Part shown: in pieces, positions 1 through 8,859 of the stretch | How the letters are laid out: every line of letters starts with the position of its first letter | Position numbering within the stretch: position 1 is the first letter of the stretch | Assembly: GCA_965232515.1 (NCBI GenBank) | Contig: CBDDPY010000002.1 | Coordinates: 3,104,001-3,168,000, forward strand | Reading direction: 5' to 3' | Source: Alphaproteobacteria bacterium | GTDB taxonomy: Bacteria > Pseudomonadota > Alphaproteobacteria > GCA-2731375 | DNA: 64,000 nucleotides | Program-made: the position numbers and the translations under genes | Notes under the pieces: generated by a model | Told to the model about the DNA's origin: nothing | The model's database searches: none | Seen by the model: only the letters and a program-made list of their open reading frames with translations

Positions 1-469
1 CGGTAAAGCTGAGCGACAGATGATGACCCTCGAACCGCCAGCCCCAGGGCGCGGCGCCGGCGGGGTCGCCGAAGATGGCGACGGCATAGTTTTCCGGGTC
101 GCGAAAACCGGGATTGCCGGTGATCTCGCCGAGAATGCCTTCCAACAGGATGACTTGATCGACCTTGCGCGTTCCTTGCTCGCTGAGCACGGTCCGCAGC
201 AGGCGGAAGACAAGCGCGCGCTGACCATCGTTCATGTCGCGCAGCGCCAGGCCGGGACGCGACCGCGGCGTGTAGTGCCAGTCGCGCCGTTCGGCATCGT
301 CAAAGCCGTGCACCACTTGTCGTCGCCGGTCCGGGTCGAGGCTCTCCAGGAGATCCAGCGCGGCCTGCGCGACGGGATCGCGCGCTCGCCCGACCGCCGG
401 GACGGCGAAGGCACTGCCGATTACCAAAGCGCCCATGCCACACACGATATCGCGCCGACGCATGTTCAT
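1..469 (-). CDS. DUF3500 family protein with Tat-like signal, N-terminal part (runs off the window edge)
   Basis: Not in the ORF track; translated by hand as MNMRRRDIVCGMGALVIG...DWHYTPRSRPGL...AIFGDP...WGWRFEGHHLSLSF. The W-x-F-E-G-H-H-L-S motif is typical of DUF3500. ATG overlaps the TGA of the upstream gene (ATGA). Confidence 0.75.
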   Translation of the reverse strand, partial: MNMRRRDIVCGMGALVIGSAFAVPAVGRARDPVAQAALDLLESLDPDRRRQVVHGFDDAERRDWHYTPRSRPGLALRDMNDGQRALVFRLLRTVLSEQGTRKVDQVILLEGILGEITGNPGFRDPENYAVAIFGDPAGAAPWGWRFEGHHLSLSFT

Positions 470-1047
470 AGCGGTTGAATCCTGCCTGCGACCTCGAAGC
501 CGCCCGCGCCGTCCAGCTTCAGAACAACGATTTCGCCCGATCTCGGGAAGACGCCGGTCAGCGCCGTGATGTTCACCTGATGCGTCACCATGACGAAGCT
601 GGCGCCGTCGCGCGGCAGTTCGGCTATCCAGGTACGAACGGCCCCGGTCTGCTCGGGCTCGCGCTCGCGCGCCCGAAAGAAGGAATTGAGCGCCGGAAAT
701 GCCTCGACGTCACCTAGCGCGAGCAGTTCGGCCGTTTCAAGGCAACGGCACCACTGGCTCGAAAGAACCCGGTCGACGACAACGCCATTCCGCCGAAACG
801 CTTCGCCGATGCGCCGCGCCTGCGCCCTTCCCTCGCCGTTCAGATTGCGTTGCGTCTCGCAGGCATCGATCCGGAATTCGCTCGGATCGCCCGTACCCGG
901 GGCAAGCGCATGCCGCATCAACGCGATGTGGCCGCCCTTGGTCAGCGCCGACCACAGCCGGCCCGCGTCCTGCGCCGAACCCGTCGCCGGCAGCAGCAAC
1001 AGGGACAGGATCAGGACAATGGCGCCGCAAACGCCTCCGCGGCGCAT
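466..1047 (-). CDS. Exported histidine phosphatase superfamily protein
   Basis: Signal peptide (LLLLPATGSA-Q), LMRHA catalytic motif, SSQWCRCLETA, VMVTHQVNI. Confidence 0.85.
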   Translation of the reverse strand: MRRGGVCGAIVLILSLLLLPATGSAQDAGRLWSALTKGGHIALMRHALAPGTGDPSEFRIDACETQRNLNGEGRAQARRIGEAFRRNGVVVDRVLSSQWCRCLETAELLALGDVEAFPALNSFFRAREREPEQTGAVRTWIAELPRDGASFVMVTHQVNITALTGVFPRSGEIVVLKLDGAGGFEVAGRIQPL

Positions 1048-1055
1048 GCCGACGC

Positions 1056-1718
1056 TCAGGCGGACGACCGGCCGTATTTTACCGAGCAGCCGTAGGCGCG
1101 CGCCGTGGGCGTCGCCACCGGCCGGCCGGCGGCGATGTCGTCGAGCGCCGCGCGGACATAGTTCGTGGCGCCTTCCACATCGGCCCAGTTCGCCGTCGGA
1201 CGGTCGTCGATGCCGCCCATGTAGACCAGCTTGCCCGCCGCGTCGATGACATACATATGCGGGGTGGTGCGGGCGTCGTAGCTGCGCCCGACCTTGCCTT
1301 TCGGATCGAGCAGGACGGCCGCCGGCACGGCGTCGCGCTCCTTGCTCAGGCGGTTCGCGTCTTCAGCCTCGACATAGCCCTGCCGTCCCGGCGCCGACGA
1401 GATGACGGACAACCAGACGACGCCCTTGTCCGCGGCGTCGCGCTGCAACGTCTGCATGTTGCCGGTGCCGTAGTGCTTTTGGACGAAGGGACAGCCATGG
1501 TTGGTCCATTCCAGGACCACCGTCCGGCCCCGGTAATCGGCAAGCGAATGCGATTTGCCGTTGCTGTCGACCGCCGTGAAATCGGGAGCCGTCTTGCCGA
1601 CCTTGGGCTCGGCGAATGCCGGGCGCACCAAGCCCAGCGGTCCGGACAGCAGCGCCGCGGCAAAGCCGACACCGCCAATGACGAGCATCTCGCGTCGTGT
1701 TACCGGCAACGTAGTCAT
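1056..1718 (-). CDS. Tat-exported redoxin (AhpC/TSA, thioredoxin-fold protein)
   Basis: Start moved to ATG 1718 after AGGGAGG RBS; TRREML twin-arginine motif; APDF, EWTNHGCPFV, RTTPHMYVID, C-terminal YGCSVK. Confidence 0.85.
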   Translation of the reverse strand: MTTLPVTRREMLVIGGVGFAAALLSGPLGLVRPAFAEPKVGKTAPDFTAVDSNGKSHSLADYRGRTVVLEWTNHGCPFVQKHYGTGNMQTLQRDAADKGVVWLSVISSAPGRQGYVEAEDANRLSKERDAVPAAVLLDPKGKVGRSYDARTTPHMYVIDAAGKLVYMGGIDDRPTANWADVEGATNYVRAALDDIAAGRPVATPTARAYGCSVKYGRSSA

Positions 1719-1887
1719 GTGAGCCTCCCTATGGTCCGAAGTCCGAGGTCGATCGCGCCGATAGGTCGCCGGCCCCATCACCGGCCCTATCCGGACGATG
1801 CCATCTTGACCACGATTTGGTGGGATCGCCACGGCCGTCAAGCCGCATGGCGAAAATTGTGATCGGACGCGTGAACGCCGCCGGCCG

Positions 1888-2430
1888 CTAGTTCGCGACC
1901 TGTCGTGCCTCGCTGAGACGGTAGTAGAGGCCCGTGGGATCGTCCTTCAGGATCTCGAACCGGCCTTCGATCAGCACGGCTTCCTGCGTGTAATCGACCG
2001 CTTCGGCGCCCTTGATCTCAACAAGGTTGGTCGGTCCGCCGGGAAGGCAGAACGGACAGCCCGGCGGATAGGCGCTCAACAGGAAGTATTCGTGGCTCTC
2101 GCCGCCTTGCAGCGGGAAGATGAAGCCCTGCAGCTTGACGGTCGTGCCGTCGAGCGAACGCACCGACTCGCCGAAATCCCGGGTCATGGTCGTCTGGAAC
2201 GGCGCCGGCGCCGACACCGTGACCTCGATGTCGGCCAGGGTCTGCCACGGCACCGTGCCCTCGCTGAGCTGCGTCGGATCGTGATAGAACTGAAGCGCCT
2301 CGACTTCGGTTTCGCTGAGTGCCTGCTCGGTCAGCGCCCAGGCGCCGCCTGCCAACGTCACAACGCTCAATCCGGCCGCGGCGGCAATGGCCGCAATAAC
2401 TCGACGTGTTTTCGTCTGTCTCATGGGCAT
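1888..2430 (-). CDS. DUF3299 family exported protein (ZrgD/PA4066-like)
   Basis: Signal peptide, LDGTTVKLQGFIFPL, LLSAYPPGCPFC; directly downstream of the ABC permease. Confidence 0.75.
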   Translation of the reverse strand: MPMRQTKTRRVIAAIAAAAGLSVVTLAGGAWALTEQALSETEVEALQFYHDPTQLSEGTVPWQTLADIEVTVSAPAPFQTTMTRDFGESVRSLDGTTVKLQGFIFPLQGGESHEYFLLSAYPPGCPFCLPGGPTNLVEIKGAEAVDYTQEAVLIEGRFEILKDDPTGLYYRLSEARQVAN

Positions 2431-2456
2431 CACTTGGTCGCTATGAGGCAGACATG

Positions 2457-3719
2457 CTAACGCGTCGCCAGCGTTTTGGCGATATCCGTGCGATAGGCCC
2501 GGACCGCCGGCAGCAGCGCCGCGACGACGCCGACCGCCAGCACCAGCAGGACGATCAGAAATTCTTCCGGCTCCCAGGTGAAGCCCGTCAGGCCCATGGC
2601 CGCGGCTTCCGGCAGCAGCCGTCCGAGCAGCTCTGTGACCGCATGCCCGGCGGCAAGGCCGAGCGCGGTCCCGACCGTCGCCAGCAACAACGCTTCGAGC
2701 AGGATCTGGCCCATCAGCTTGGCCGGCGACGCGCCCAGGCTGCGCATCACGGCGAGGTCGTAACGGCGTTGCTGCGTCGCGTTGTAGAGCGCGATGAAAA
2801 CGCCCAGCGCGGCGCTGGCGATCAGCAGCAGTCCGAAACCGCGCAGCGTGTCGAGGCCGGCGCCCACCAGCGTCAGCAGACGCGCCGTTTCCAGCGCCGG
2901 CGCCGCGGCCTGCAGCGCGCTGCGACTGTTGATCTCGCGCGGCATGCTGACGGCCGCCAGCGGCGTGCGATAGCGCACCAGGAGCGAGGTGATCTCGCGC
3001 GCGTCACGATCCGCCGCCTCGTCGGCATGGTCGTGGTCGTGATCGTCCTCAGCCTCCGGCTTTGCCTCGTCGGCCTGCGCCGCCGCACCGGTCTCCCGGT
3101 GCTCGATATCGTGGACCTGCCAGACGCTTTCGATCGACGTCAGCACCAGGCGATCGATCACCGTGCCGGTGCGTGCCAGGACACCGACCACGCGATAGGG
3201 GTGATCGCCATGGGTGAAATCCGCGCCGACGAGTCCGTGACTGCCGACAAAAGCGTCGCCCAACCGCCAGCCGGTCGACCGCGCCACCTCGGCCCCGATT
3301 GTGGCCTCGAACGGCGCCTGCCACAGCCGGCCGTCCGCCGGCATGGCACCGTAGTGCGCGGGATAGTCGGGCACCGTGCCGACGATGCGGAAACCGGCGG
3401 CGTTGTCGCCCAAGGCAAGCGGGATCGCGGCCGCGACCATGGGATGGCCCGCCAGCGCCTCGGCTTCGGCGAGCGGGATGTTCCCGGTCGGCACGTCGAC
3501 ATGATAGATGCTCGACAGGATCAGCTGCATCGGACTGCCCTTGGCGCCGACCACCAGATCAATGCCGCGGGCGTCCTTGGCCAGCCGATCCCGCATCTGC
3601 GCGCTGAACAGGATCAGCGCCGTGATCGTCGCGACGCCGATGGCCAGCAGCAGGATGTTGAGCAGCGAGTTCAGCGCCCGTTCGCGGAGATAGGCCAGGC
3701 TGAGCACGAACAAATTCAT
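2457..3719 (-). CDS. MacB/FtsX-type ABC transporter permease with His/Asp-rich loops (ZrgC/PA4065-like)
   Basis: DLVVGAKGSPMQLILSSIYH, LALGDN, SHGL...HGDH, EDDHDHDHADE loop, RRYDLAVMRSLGAS, C-terminal TM helices. Confidence 0.85.
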   Translation of the reverse strand: MNLFVLSLAYLRERALNSLLNILLLAIGVATITALILFSAQMRDRLAKDARGIDLVVGAKGSPMQLILSSIYHVDVPTGNIPLAEAEALAGHPMVAAAIPLALGDNAAGFRIVGTVPDYPAHYGAMPADGRLWQAPFEATIGAEVARSTGWRLGDAFVGSHGLVGADFTHGDHPYRVVGVLARTGTVIDRLVLTSIESVWQVHDIEHRETGAAAQADEAKPEAEDDHDHDHADEAADRDAREITSLLVRYRTPLAAVSMPREINSRSALQAAAPALETARLLTLVGAGLDTLRGFGLLLIASAALGVFIALYNATQQRRYDLAVMRSLGASPAKLMGQILLEALLLATVGTALGLAAGHAVTELLGRLLPEAAAMGLTGFTWEPEEFLIVLLVLAVGVVAALLPAVRAYRTDIAKTLATR

Positions 3720-4402
3720 GGCCGGGCCGGCAGATCGAGGCGGTTGGGAAAAACGTCCTTCAGGCGCTGGTCATGGGTGGCGATCAACAGGGTCGCGCCA
3801 TGCGCCGCGGCCTGCCGACGCAGGAGCGCGACGACCTGTTGGCAATTCGCGTCGTCCAGCGCCGAGGTCGGCTCGTCCGCCAGCAACAAGGTCGGGGCGT
3901 TCACCAGCGCCCGCGCGATCGCGACGCGTTGCGCTTCGCCCTGGCTCAGGTCGGCCGGCTTGGCCGATGCTCTTTCAGCGAGGCCGAGCGCGTCCAGCAG
4001 CCCCGCAATCTCAGCATCGTCGTTCGGGAGTTTGGCGAGATAGCGGGCCAGGCGCAGGTTGCCGGACACCGTGAGCGCGCCGACCAGATGCAACGACTGG
4101 AACACGATGCCGATCTGACGGCCGCGAAACACATCGAGCTCGGCCGGTCGCATTTGGGCGAGATCCCGGCCGGCAACGGCAACCGAGCCGTCCGTCGGCC
4201 GCAACAGGCCGGCCAAAAGGTTCAAAAGCGTGGTCTTGCCGCTGCCCGATGGCCCGAGCAACAGCGCCTGCCCGCCCGGCGCCACGGACCAGTCCGGCAC
4301 GTCGAGGACCTTTCGGCCACCAACATCGAACCGCAGACCGTTGATTGCGACCGATGCGCCCTCGGCCGCGGTGTCCGCCGCCGGCGCGGACGCCAACGCC
4401 AT
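3716..4402 (-). CDS. ABC transporter ATP-binding protein (LolD/MacB-like)
   Basis: Walker A GPSGSGKT, signature LSQGEAQR, Walker B LLLADEPTSALD, H-loop ATHD; 4-nt overlap with the permease. Confidence 0.92.
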   Translation of the reverse strand: MALASAPAADTAAEGASVAINGLRFDVGGRKVLDVPDWSVAPGGQALLLGPSGSGKTTLLNLLAGLLRPTDGSVAVAGRDLAQMRPAELDVFRGRQIGIVFQSLHLVGALTVSGNLRLARYLAKLPNDDAEIAGLLDALGLAERASAKPADLSQGEAQRVAIARALVNAPTLLLADEPTSALDDANCQQVVALLRRQAAAHGATLLIATHDQRLKDVFPNRLDLPARP

Positions 4403-4500
4403 GTCCCGCTCCCCGTTCCGCCCGTAACGACCGGAACTGTAGCCTGCTCAGGCGCATAGGAAAACGCCGCCGCGGCAGTGCCGACGAGAACGTGAAACGA

Positions 4501-4866
4501 TCAGATGCCCGCGTACTGGGTAATCAGCCAACAGCAAATGCTGGCAACGGCGAAAATGATCACGTTGCCGATCTCGAAGCGGCGGTGGACCGACGCCGAT
4601 TGGAAGGCCTGCCGCTCGCCGCTTTGACCACCGAAAGCCTGCGGATCGAAGTCATCGCTATTGGCCTTGGCGATAACGTCGCGGCTGAACGTCGCGACCC
4701 AGGCCGGCACTTCGCCGCTTTTCAGGTAGCGCATGAAATGCGGCTCGACATCGCGGTCCGTCGCCGGTCGACCCAGCTGCCGTCGGCGGGCCAGCGTGAA
4801 GAGATGGTATTCGCGCACGTTCAGCAGGTCGGCAGCGGTCGCGGCATGACGGGCATCGGTTGACAT
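4501..4866 (-). CDS. Hypothetical protein with C-terminal membrane anchor
   Basis: Protein-like sequence from MSTDARHAATAADLLNVREYHLF to a hydrophobic C-terminus; start uncertain (4866 or 4908). Confidence 0.55.
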   Translation of the reverse strand: MSTDARHAATAADLLNVREYHLFTLARRRQLGRPATDRDVEPHFMRYLKSGEVPAWVATFSRDVIAKANSDDFDPQAFGGQSGERQAFQSASVHRRFEIGNVIIFAVASICCWLITQYAGI

Positions 4867-5114
4867 ACGAAGGATCGGAACGGGACCGGGCGACATCTGG
4901 TTCTCCATACACGGCACGTCCGCTTCGACGTACGTCACGCATTGCCGGACCATCCTCGCGGGCATTCGTAAAAATCTCGCAAAACGGTTCGCAGGTTTGC
5001 AGCATCGTTCGTCCACGTGCACGATCTGCAGCGTTGCCAGACCTAGGCGCTGTCATATATGTGCTAGTGTCCGGCCGCATCGTTTCGAACCGACATCCCG
5101 AAGGAGCATGCTAC

Positions 5115-6470
5115 ATGCCGCAGCCGAACGGCGGCGCCAGCGACTACCTGAATCTGCTGAGCGATCTCATCGATAAGGCGAAACGTGCCGGCGCCGATGC
5201 AGCCGACGCGGTGGTGTTCGACGGCATATCGCTTGATGTCAGCTACCGCACCGGCAAGCCGGAAGACCTGCAGCGCTCCGAGGGCCGCGACCTTGGACTG
5301 CGCGCCTTTGTCGGCAAGCGCCAGGCCTTCGTCTCGTCGAACGATTTCAGCGGGCCGGCGCTCGATGAACTCGTCGAGCGCGTCGTCGCCATGGCGCGCA
5401 CGGCGCCGGAAGATCCCAATTGCGGCCTCGCCGACGAGGCGCTGCTATGCAAATCCGTCGCCGATCTCGATCTTGACGATGCCAACGAGCCAGACGCGCG
5501 GGCCCTTTACGACCAGGCCGCCGCGGCGGAAGCCAGCGCGCTGGCGGTCGAGGGCGTCACGCTCTCCGAAGAAGCCGGCGCCAGCTGGAGCCGCGCCCGG
5601 ATCGCGCTCGCCACCAGCCACGGCTTCGCCGGCGGCTATGCCACGTCGACGCACGGTTTCTACGCTTCCGTGGTCGCCGGCAGCGGCACGGCCATGGAAC
5701 GGGACTACGAGCACTCCACGGCCCGCCATGCGGAAGACCTCGACGATCCGCAGAGCGTCGGCCGCAAGGCCGGCGAAAGCGCGGTTGCCCGGTTGAACCC
5801 GAAGAAAGTGGCGACGCAGCAGGTGCCCGTCGTCTTCGACCCGCGCGTTTCGCGCAGCATGCTCGGGCATTTCGCCGGCGCGATATCCGGAGCCGCCGTC
5901 GCCCGCGGCACCAGCTTCCTGAAGGACCGGATGGGCGAGCAGGTATTCGCCGACGGTCTGCGCATCGTCGACGATCCGCACCGCCGCCGTGGCCTGGCCT
6001 CGAAGCCGTTCGACGGCGAAGGCGTTGCCAACCGCAAAACCGTCCTGATCGAAAACGGCCGGCTGGAAACCTGGCTGCTGGATTCGAGCTCGGCCCGACA
6101 GCTGGGATTGACCAGTACCGGTCATGCCAGCCGCGGCACCGCCGGTCCGCCCTCGCCGTCCACCAGCAACCTCTATCTCGAGCCCGGCAGCCTGTCGCCG
6201 GACGAACTGATCGGCGAAATCCCGGCCGGTCTTTACGTCACCGAGCTGATCGGCTTCGGCGTCAATGGCGTGACCGGCGACTACAGCCGCGGCGCCGCCG
6301 GGTTCTGGATCGAGAACGGCAAGAAGGCCTATCCGGTCAGCGAGCTGACCATCGCCGGCAATCTGAATGACATGTTCAGGGCCATGACGCCGGCCAACGA
6401 CCTGGAATTCCGCTACGGCAGCAACGCGCCGACACTGCGCATCGACGGCATGACGGTCGCCGGCACTTGA
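5115..6470 (+). CDS. pmbA: TldD/PmbA family protein (PmbA/TldE)
   Basis: Start ATG 5115 after AAGGAG; MERDY, SKPFDGEG, GVNGVTGDYSRGAAGFWIENG, TIAGNL, APTLRIDGMTVAG. Confidence 0.92.
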   Translation: MPQPNGGASDYLNLLSDLIDKAKRAGADAADAVVFDGISLDVSYRTGKPEDLQRSEGRDLGLRAFVGKRQAFVSSNDFSGPALDELVERVVAMARTAPEDPNCGLADEALLCKSVADLDLDDANEPDARALYDQAAAAEASALAVEGVTLSEEAGASWSRARIALATSHGFAGGYATSTHGFYASVVAGSGTAMERDYEHSTARHAEDLDDPQSVGRKAGESAVARLNPKKVATQQVPVVFDPRVSRSMLGHFAGAISGAAVARGTSFLKDRMGEQVFADGLRIVDDPHRRRGLASKPFDGEGVANRKTVLIENGRLETWLLDSSSARQLGLTSTGHASRGTAGPPSPSTSNLYLEPGSLSPDELIGEIPAGLYVTELIGFGVNGVTGDYSRGAAGFWIENGKKAYPVSELTIAGNLNDMFRAMTPANDLEFRYGSNAPTLRIDGMTVAGT

Positions 6471-7273
6471 GCGGCCTCAGTCAAGACCACGCCCTGCTGA
6501 TCGATGCCGTGCGGTCGGCGGGCCCGACCGCCCTGCACTATTTCCATGGCGAGGTCGAGAGTTGGGAAAAGGGTCCGGGCGACCCGGTCTCGGAAGCCGA
6601 CCACGCCATCGACGACGTCCTCAAATCGCGGCTGACGGCGGCGCGCCCCGACTATGGCTGGCTCTCCGAAGAAACCGAAGACGATCCGGCACGGCTTGAA
6701 CGGCAGCGGGTCTGGGTCGTCGATCCGATCGACGGCACGCGGGCCTTCTTGCAGAAAAAGCCCGAGTTCACGATCAGCGCCGCCCTGGTCGAGGACGGCC
6801 AGCCGATCGCCGGCGTGGTCTTCAATCCAGCCACCGACGAGCTGTTCGAGGCGCTCGATGACGGCGGCGCCCGTCTGAATGGCCAGCCGATCACCGTCAG
6901 CAGCCGCGCCGATTTCCATGGCGCCAAGCTGCTGAGCGGCAGCCGGATGTTCGAACGGGCCGGCTGGTCGGCGCCGCCCGAGGATCTGGAGTTCGCGGCG
7001 ATCAACTCGATCGCCTATCGCATGGCGCTGGTCGCCTGCGGCCGTTATGACGGCTGCGTCTCGCTCAATACCAAGAGCGACTGGGACATCGCCGCAGGCG
7101 AGTTGATTGTGCACGAGGCCGGTGGCCGCACCAGCGATGCCCGCGGCCATCCGCTGTCCTACAATGATCCCGAGCCGTTGCACAATTCGGTGATCGTCGC
7201 CGGCCCGGCCCTGCACGACCACCTGATGGACTTCCTCGCCACCGTGAAACGCCCAGCCGGGGTGAATTGGTAG
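6467..7273 (+). CDS. cysQ: 3'(2'),5'-bisphosphate nucleotidase / inositol monophosphatase family
   Basis: PVSEAD, WLSEE, WVVDPIDGT, DWDIAAG motifs; TTG start overlapping the pmbA stop. Confidence 0.85.
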   Translation: MSGLSQDHALLIDAVRSAGPTALHYFHGEVESWEKGPGDPVSEADHAIDDVLKSRLTAARPDYGWLSEETEDDPARLERQRVWVVDPIDGTRAFLQKKPEFTISAALVEDGQPIAGVVFNPATDELFEALDDGGARLNGQPITVSSRADFHGAKLLSGSRMFERAGWSAPPEDLEFAAINSIAYRMALVACGRYDGCVSLNTKSDWDIAAGELIVHEAGGRTSDARGHPLSYNDPEPLHNSVIVAGPALHDHLMDFLATVKRPAGVNW

Positions 7274-7309
7274 CCGCCGTTCGGGGTATCGGCCACACTC
7301 ATTTGAAAA

Positions 7310-7391
7310 TGAGAATTGATCGCAAGAAAACGCTTGCGCAAGCATCTGCGTGTGTGTAGCGTCAAATCCGGTTTTGCGAATCATTCGCATT
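7310..7391. promoter_or_regulatory. Two putative Fur/Mur-family boxes upstream of the porin
   Basis: Perfect 7-1-7 palindrome TGCGAAT-C-ATTCGCA at 7375-7389; degenerate copy TGAGAAT-T-GATCGCA at 7310-7324. Confidence 0.6.
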
Positions 7392-7455
7392 ATCAGGCTC
7401 GATGTTCCGACCAATCGTCGAGCCCGCGTATGTGTGCCGAGAGGGGGCGCGGAAG

Positions 7456-8586
7456 TTGACAAAAAGAACAGCGTTACTGCGTTCGACTGCGTTGATCGCG
7501 GTCAGTCTGGCGGCCGGCCAGGCCGTTGCCGCCGATAAAATCCGCGTCGGGCTCGGCGGCTATTTCAATGCGTTTTTCGTTTATGGCGATCAGGATGACG
7601 GCGAAGGCGAGGCGGCCGACGGCCGCCGTGACCATAAAATCGCGCGCGAGGCGGAGGTTGCCTTCTTCGGCGAGACGGTGCTCGACAATGGTCTGACGGT
7701 CGGCGTTAACATCAAGCTCGAGGCGGAGACCTGCGAAGACCAGATCGATGAGAGCTACATCTACTTCGAGGGCGCCTACGGACGCCTCGAGGTCGGCTCC
7801 GAGGACCCCGCGACCGACGCCATGTTCTACGGCGCGCCGGTGCCGATCGCCGGCGTCGGCCTGTCGACGCCGGACGACGTCTTCGCCTCGCTGACGAATT
7901 CTGTCGGTACGCCGGCGACCATCGTCAACATTTCCGGCGACTCCGAGAAGCTGACCTATTTCACGCCGCGCATCGCCGGCATTCAGCTCGGCCTGTCCTA
8001 CACGCCGGACAACTGCGAGGAGAACACCGCCGGCGGCGATTCCGGTTTCGCATGCGGCGGCAGCTACAGCGGCTTCCAGAGCGAGGAGACCCCCGGCCAG
8101 CAGTCGGAAATCGTCGAAATCGGTGTGAACTACGTGAACTCGTTTGGCGATATCGATGTCGGAGCATATGCCGGCTATGCCGCCGGCGACCTCGAGGTCA
8201 GCGACCCGACGGCCGAAAACCAGAACCAGTGGGGTCTCGGGTTCGAGGTCGGCTATGCCGGCTTCACCTTCGGCGCCGAATACAAGGAAGACGACCAGGG
8301 CTCCAGCGGGCGCAACACCGATCGCACCGACTGGGCCGTCGGTCTCGCCTATGCCCATGGCCCCTGGACCGTGGGCGTGCAGTATGTGAATGCGGAAGTC
8401 GAGGAAGGCGCCGGTCTGGGCGAGGACGAGACCGAAGGCTTCCAGATCGGCGGCACCTACGATCTCGGGCCCGGCGTGCTGCTGACCGGCGGCGTGACCA
8501 TCTGGGACGTCACCGACAACCTCGACGACCCCGCGGCCGAGAATGATGCCACCAGCGTCATTATCGGCACGATTATCGAGTTCTGA
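7456..8586 (+). CDS. Outer-membrane porin (Gram-negative porin family)
   Basis: Signal LLRSTALIAVSLAAGQAVA-A, LDNGLTVG, IDESYIYFEGAYGRLEVG, KLTYFTPRIAG, YDLGPGV, C-terminal Phe; very acidic; TTG start 7456 preferred. Confidence 0.9.
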   Translation: MTKRTALLRSTALIAVSLAAGQAVAADKIRVGLGGYFNAFFVYGDQDDGEGEAADGRRDHKIAREAEVAFFGETVLDNGLTVGVNIKLEAETCEDQIDESYIYFEGAYGRLEVGSEDPATDAMFYGAPVPIAGVGLSTPDDVFASLTNSVGTPATIVNISGDSEKLTYFTPRIAGIQLGLSYTPDNCEENTAGGDSGFACGGSYSGFQSEETPGQQSEIVEIGVNYVNSFGDIDVGAYAGYAAGDLEVSDPTAENQNQWGLGFEVGYAGFTFGAEYKEDDQGSSGRNTDRTDWAVGLAYAHGPWTVGVQYVNAEVEEGAGLGEDETEGFQIGGTYDLGPGVLLTGGVTIWDVTDNLDDPAAENDATSVIIGTIIEF

Positions 8587-8667
8587 TCGTGCCCGGGTCG
8601 CCGCGCTGATTGAAGGACCGGCGCCCGACCCGCTTTCGTTCTAGCCGACCCTCCCGAATGTCGGCTG

Positions 8668-8724
8668 CCGGCCCCCGTCTCGCCTTTCCATCCTCAGTCG
8701 CGGCGGGGGCCGGTTCTTTTTTTT
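8668..8724 (+). terminator. Rho-independent terminator of the porin gene
   Basis: CCGGCCCCCG / CGGGGGCCGG stem followed by TTCTTTTTTTT. Confidence 0.75.
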
Positions 8725-8859
8725 CGAAGAGCCCTCTATTCACCCGCGATTTGGGCCGCGACGGCGCGGCGCGAGTGACAAACTTCCTAGCTGTCGCATT
8801 TCCTTGCCGCGAACGCTAATCTTACCGACAACATCATGCAGCGATTGGGGATGCGGTAA

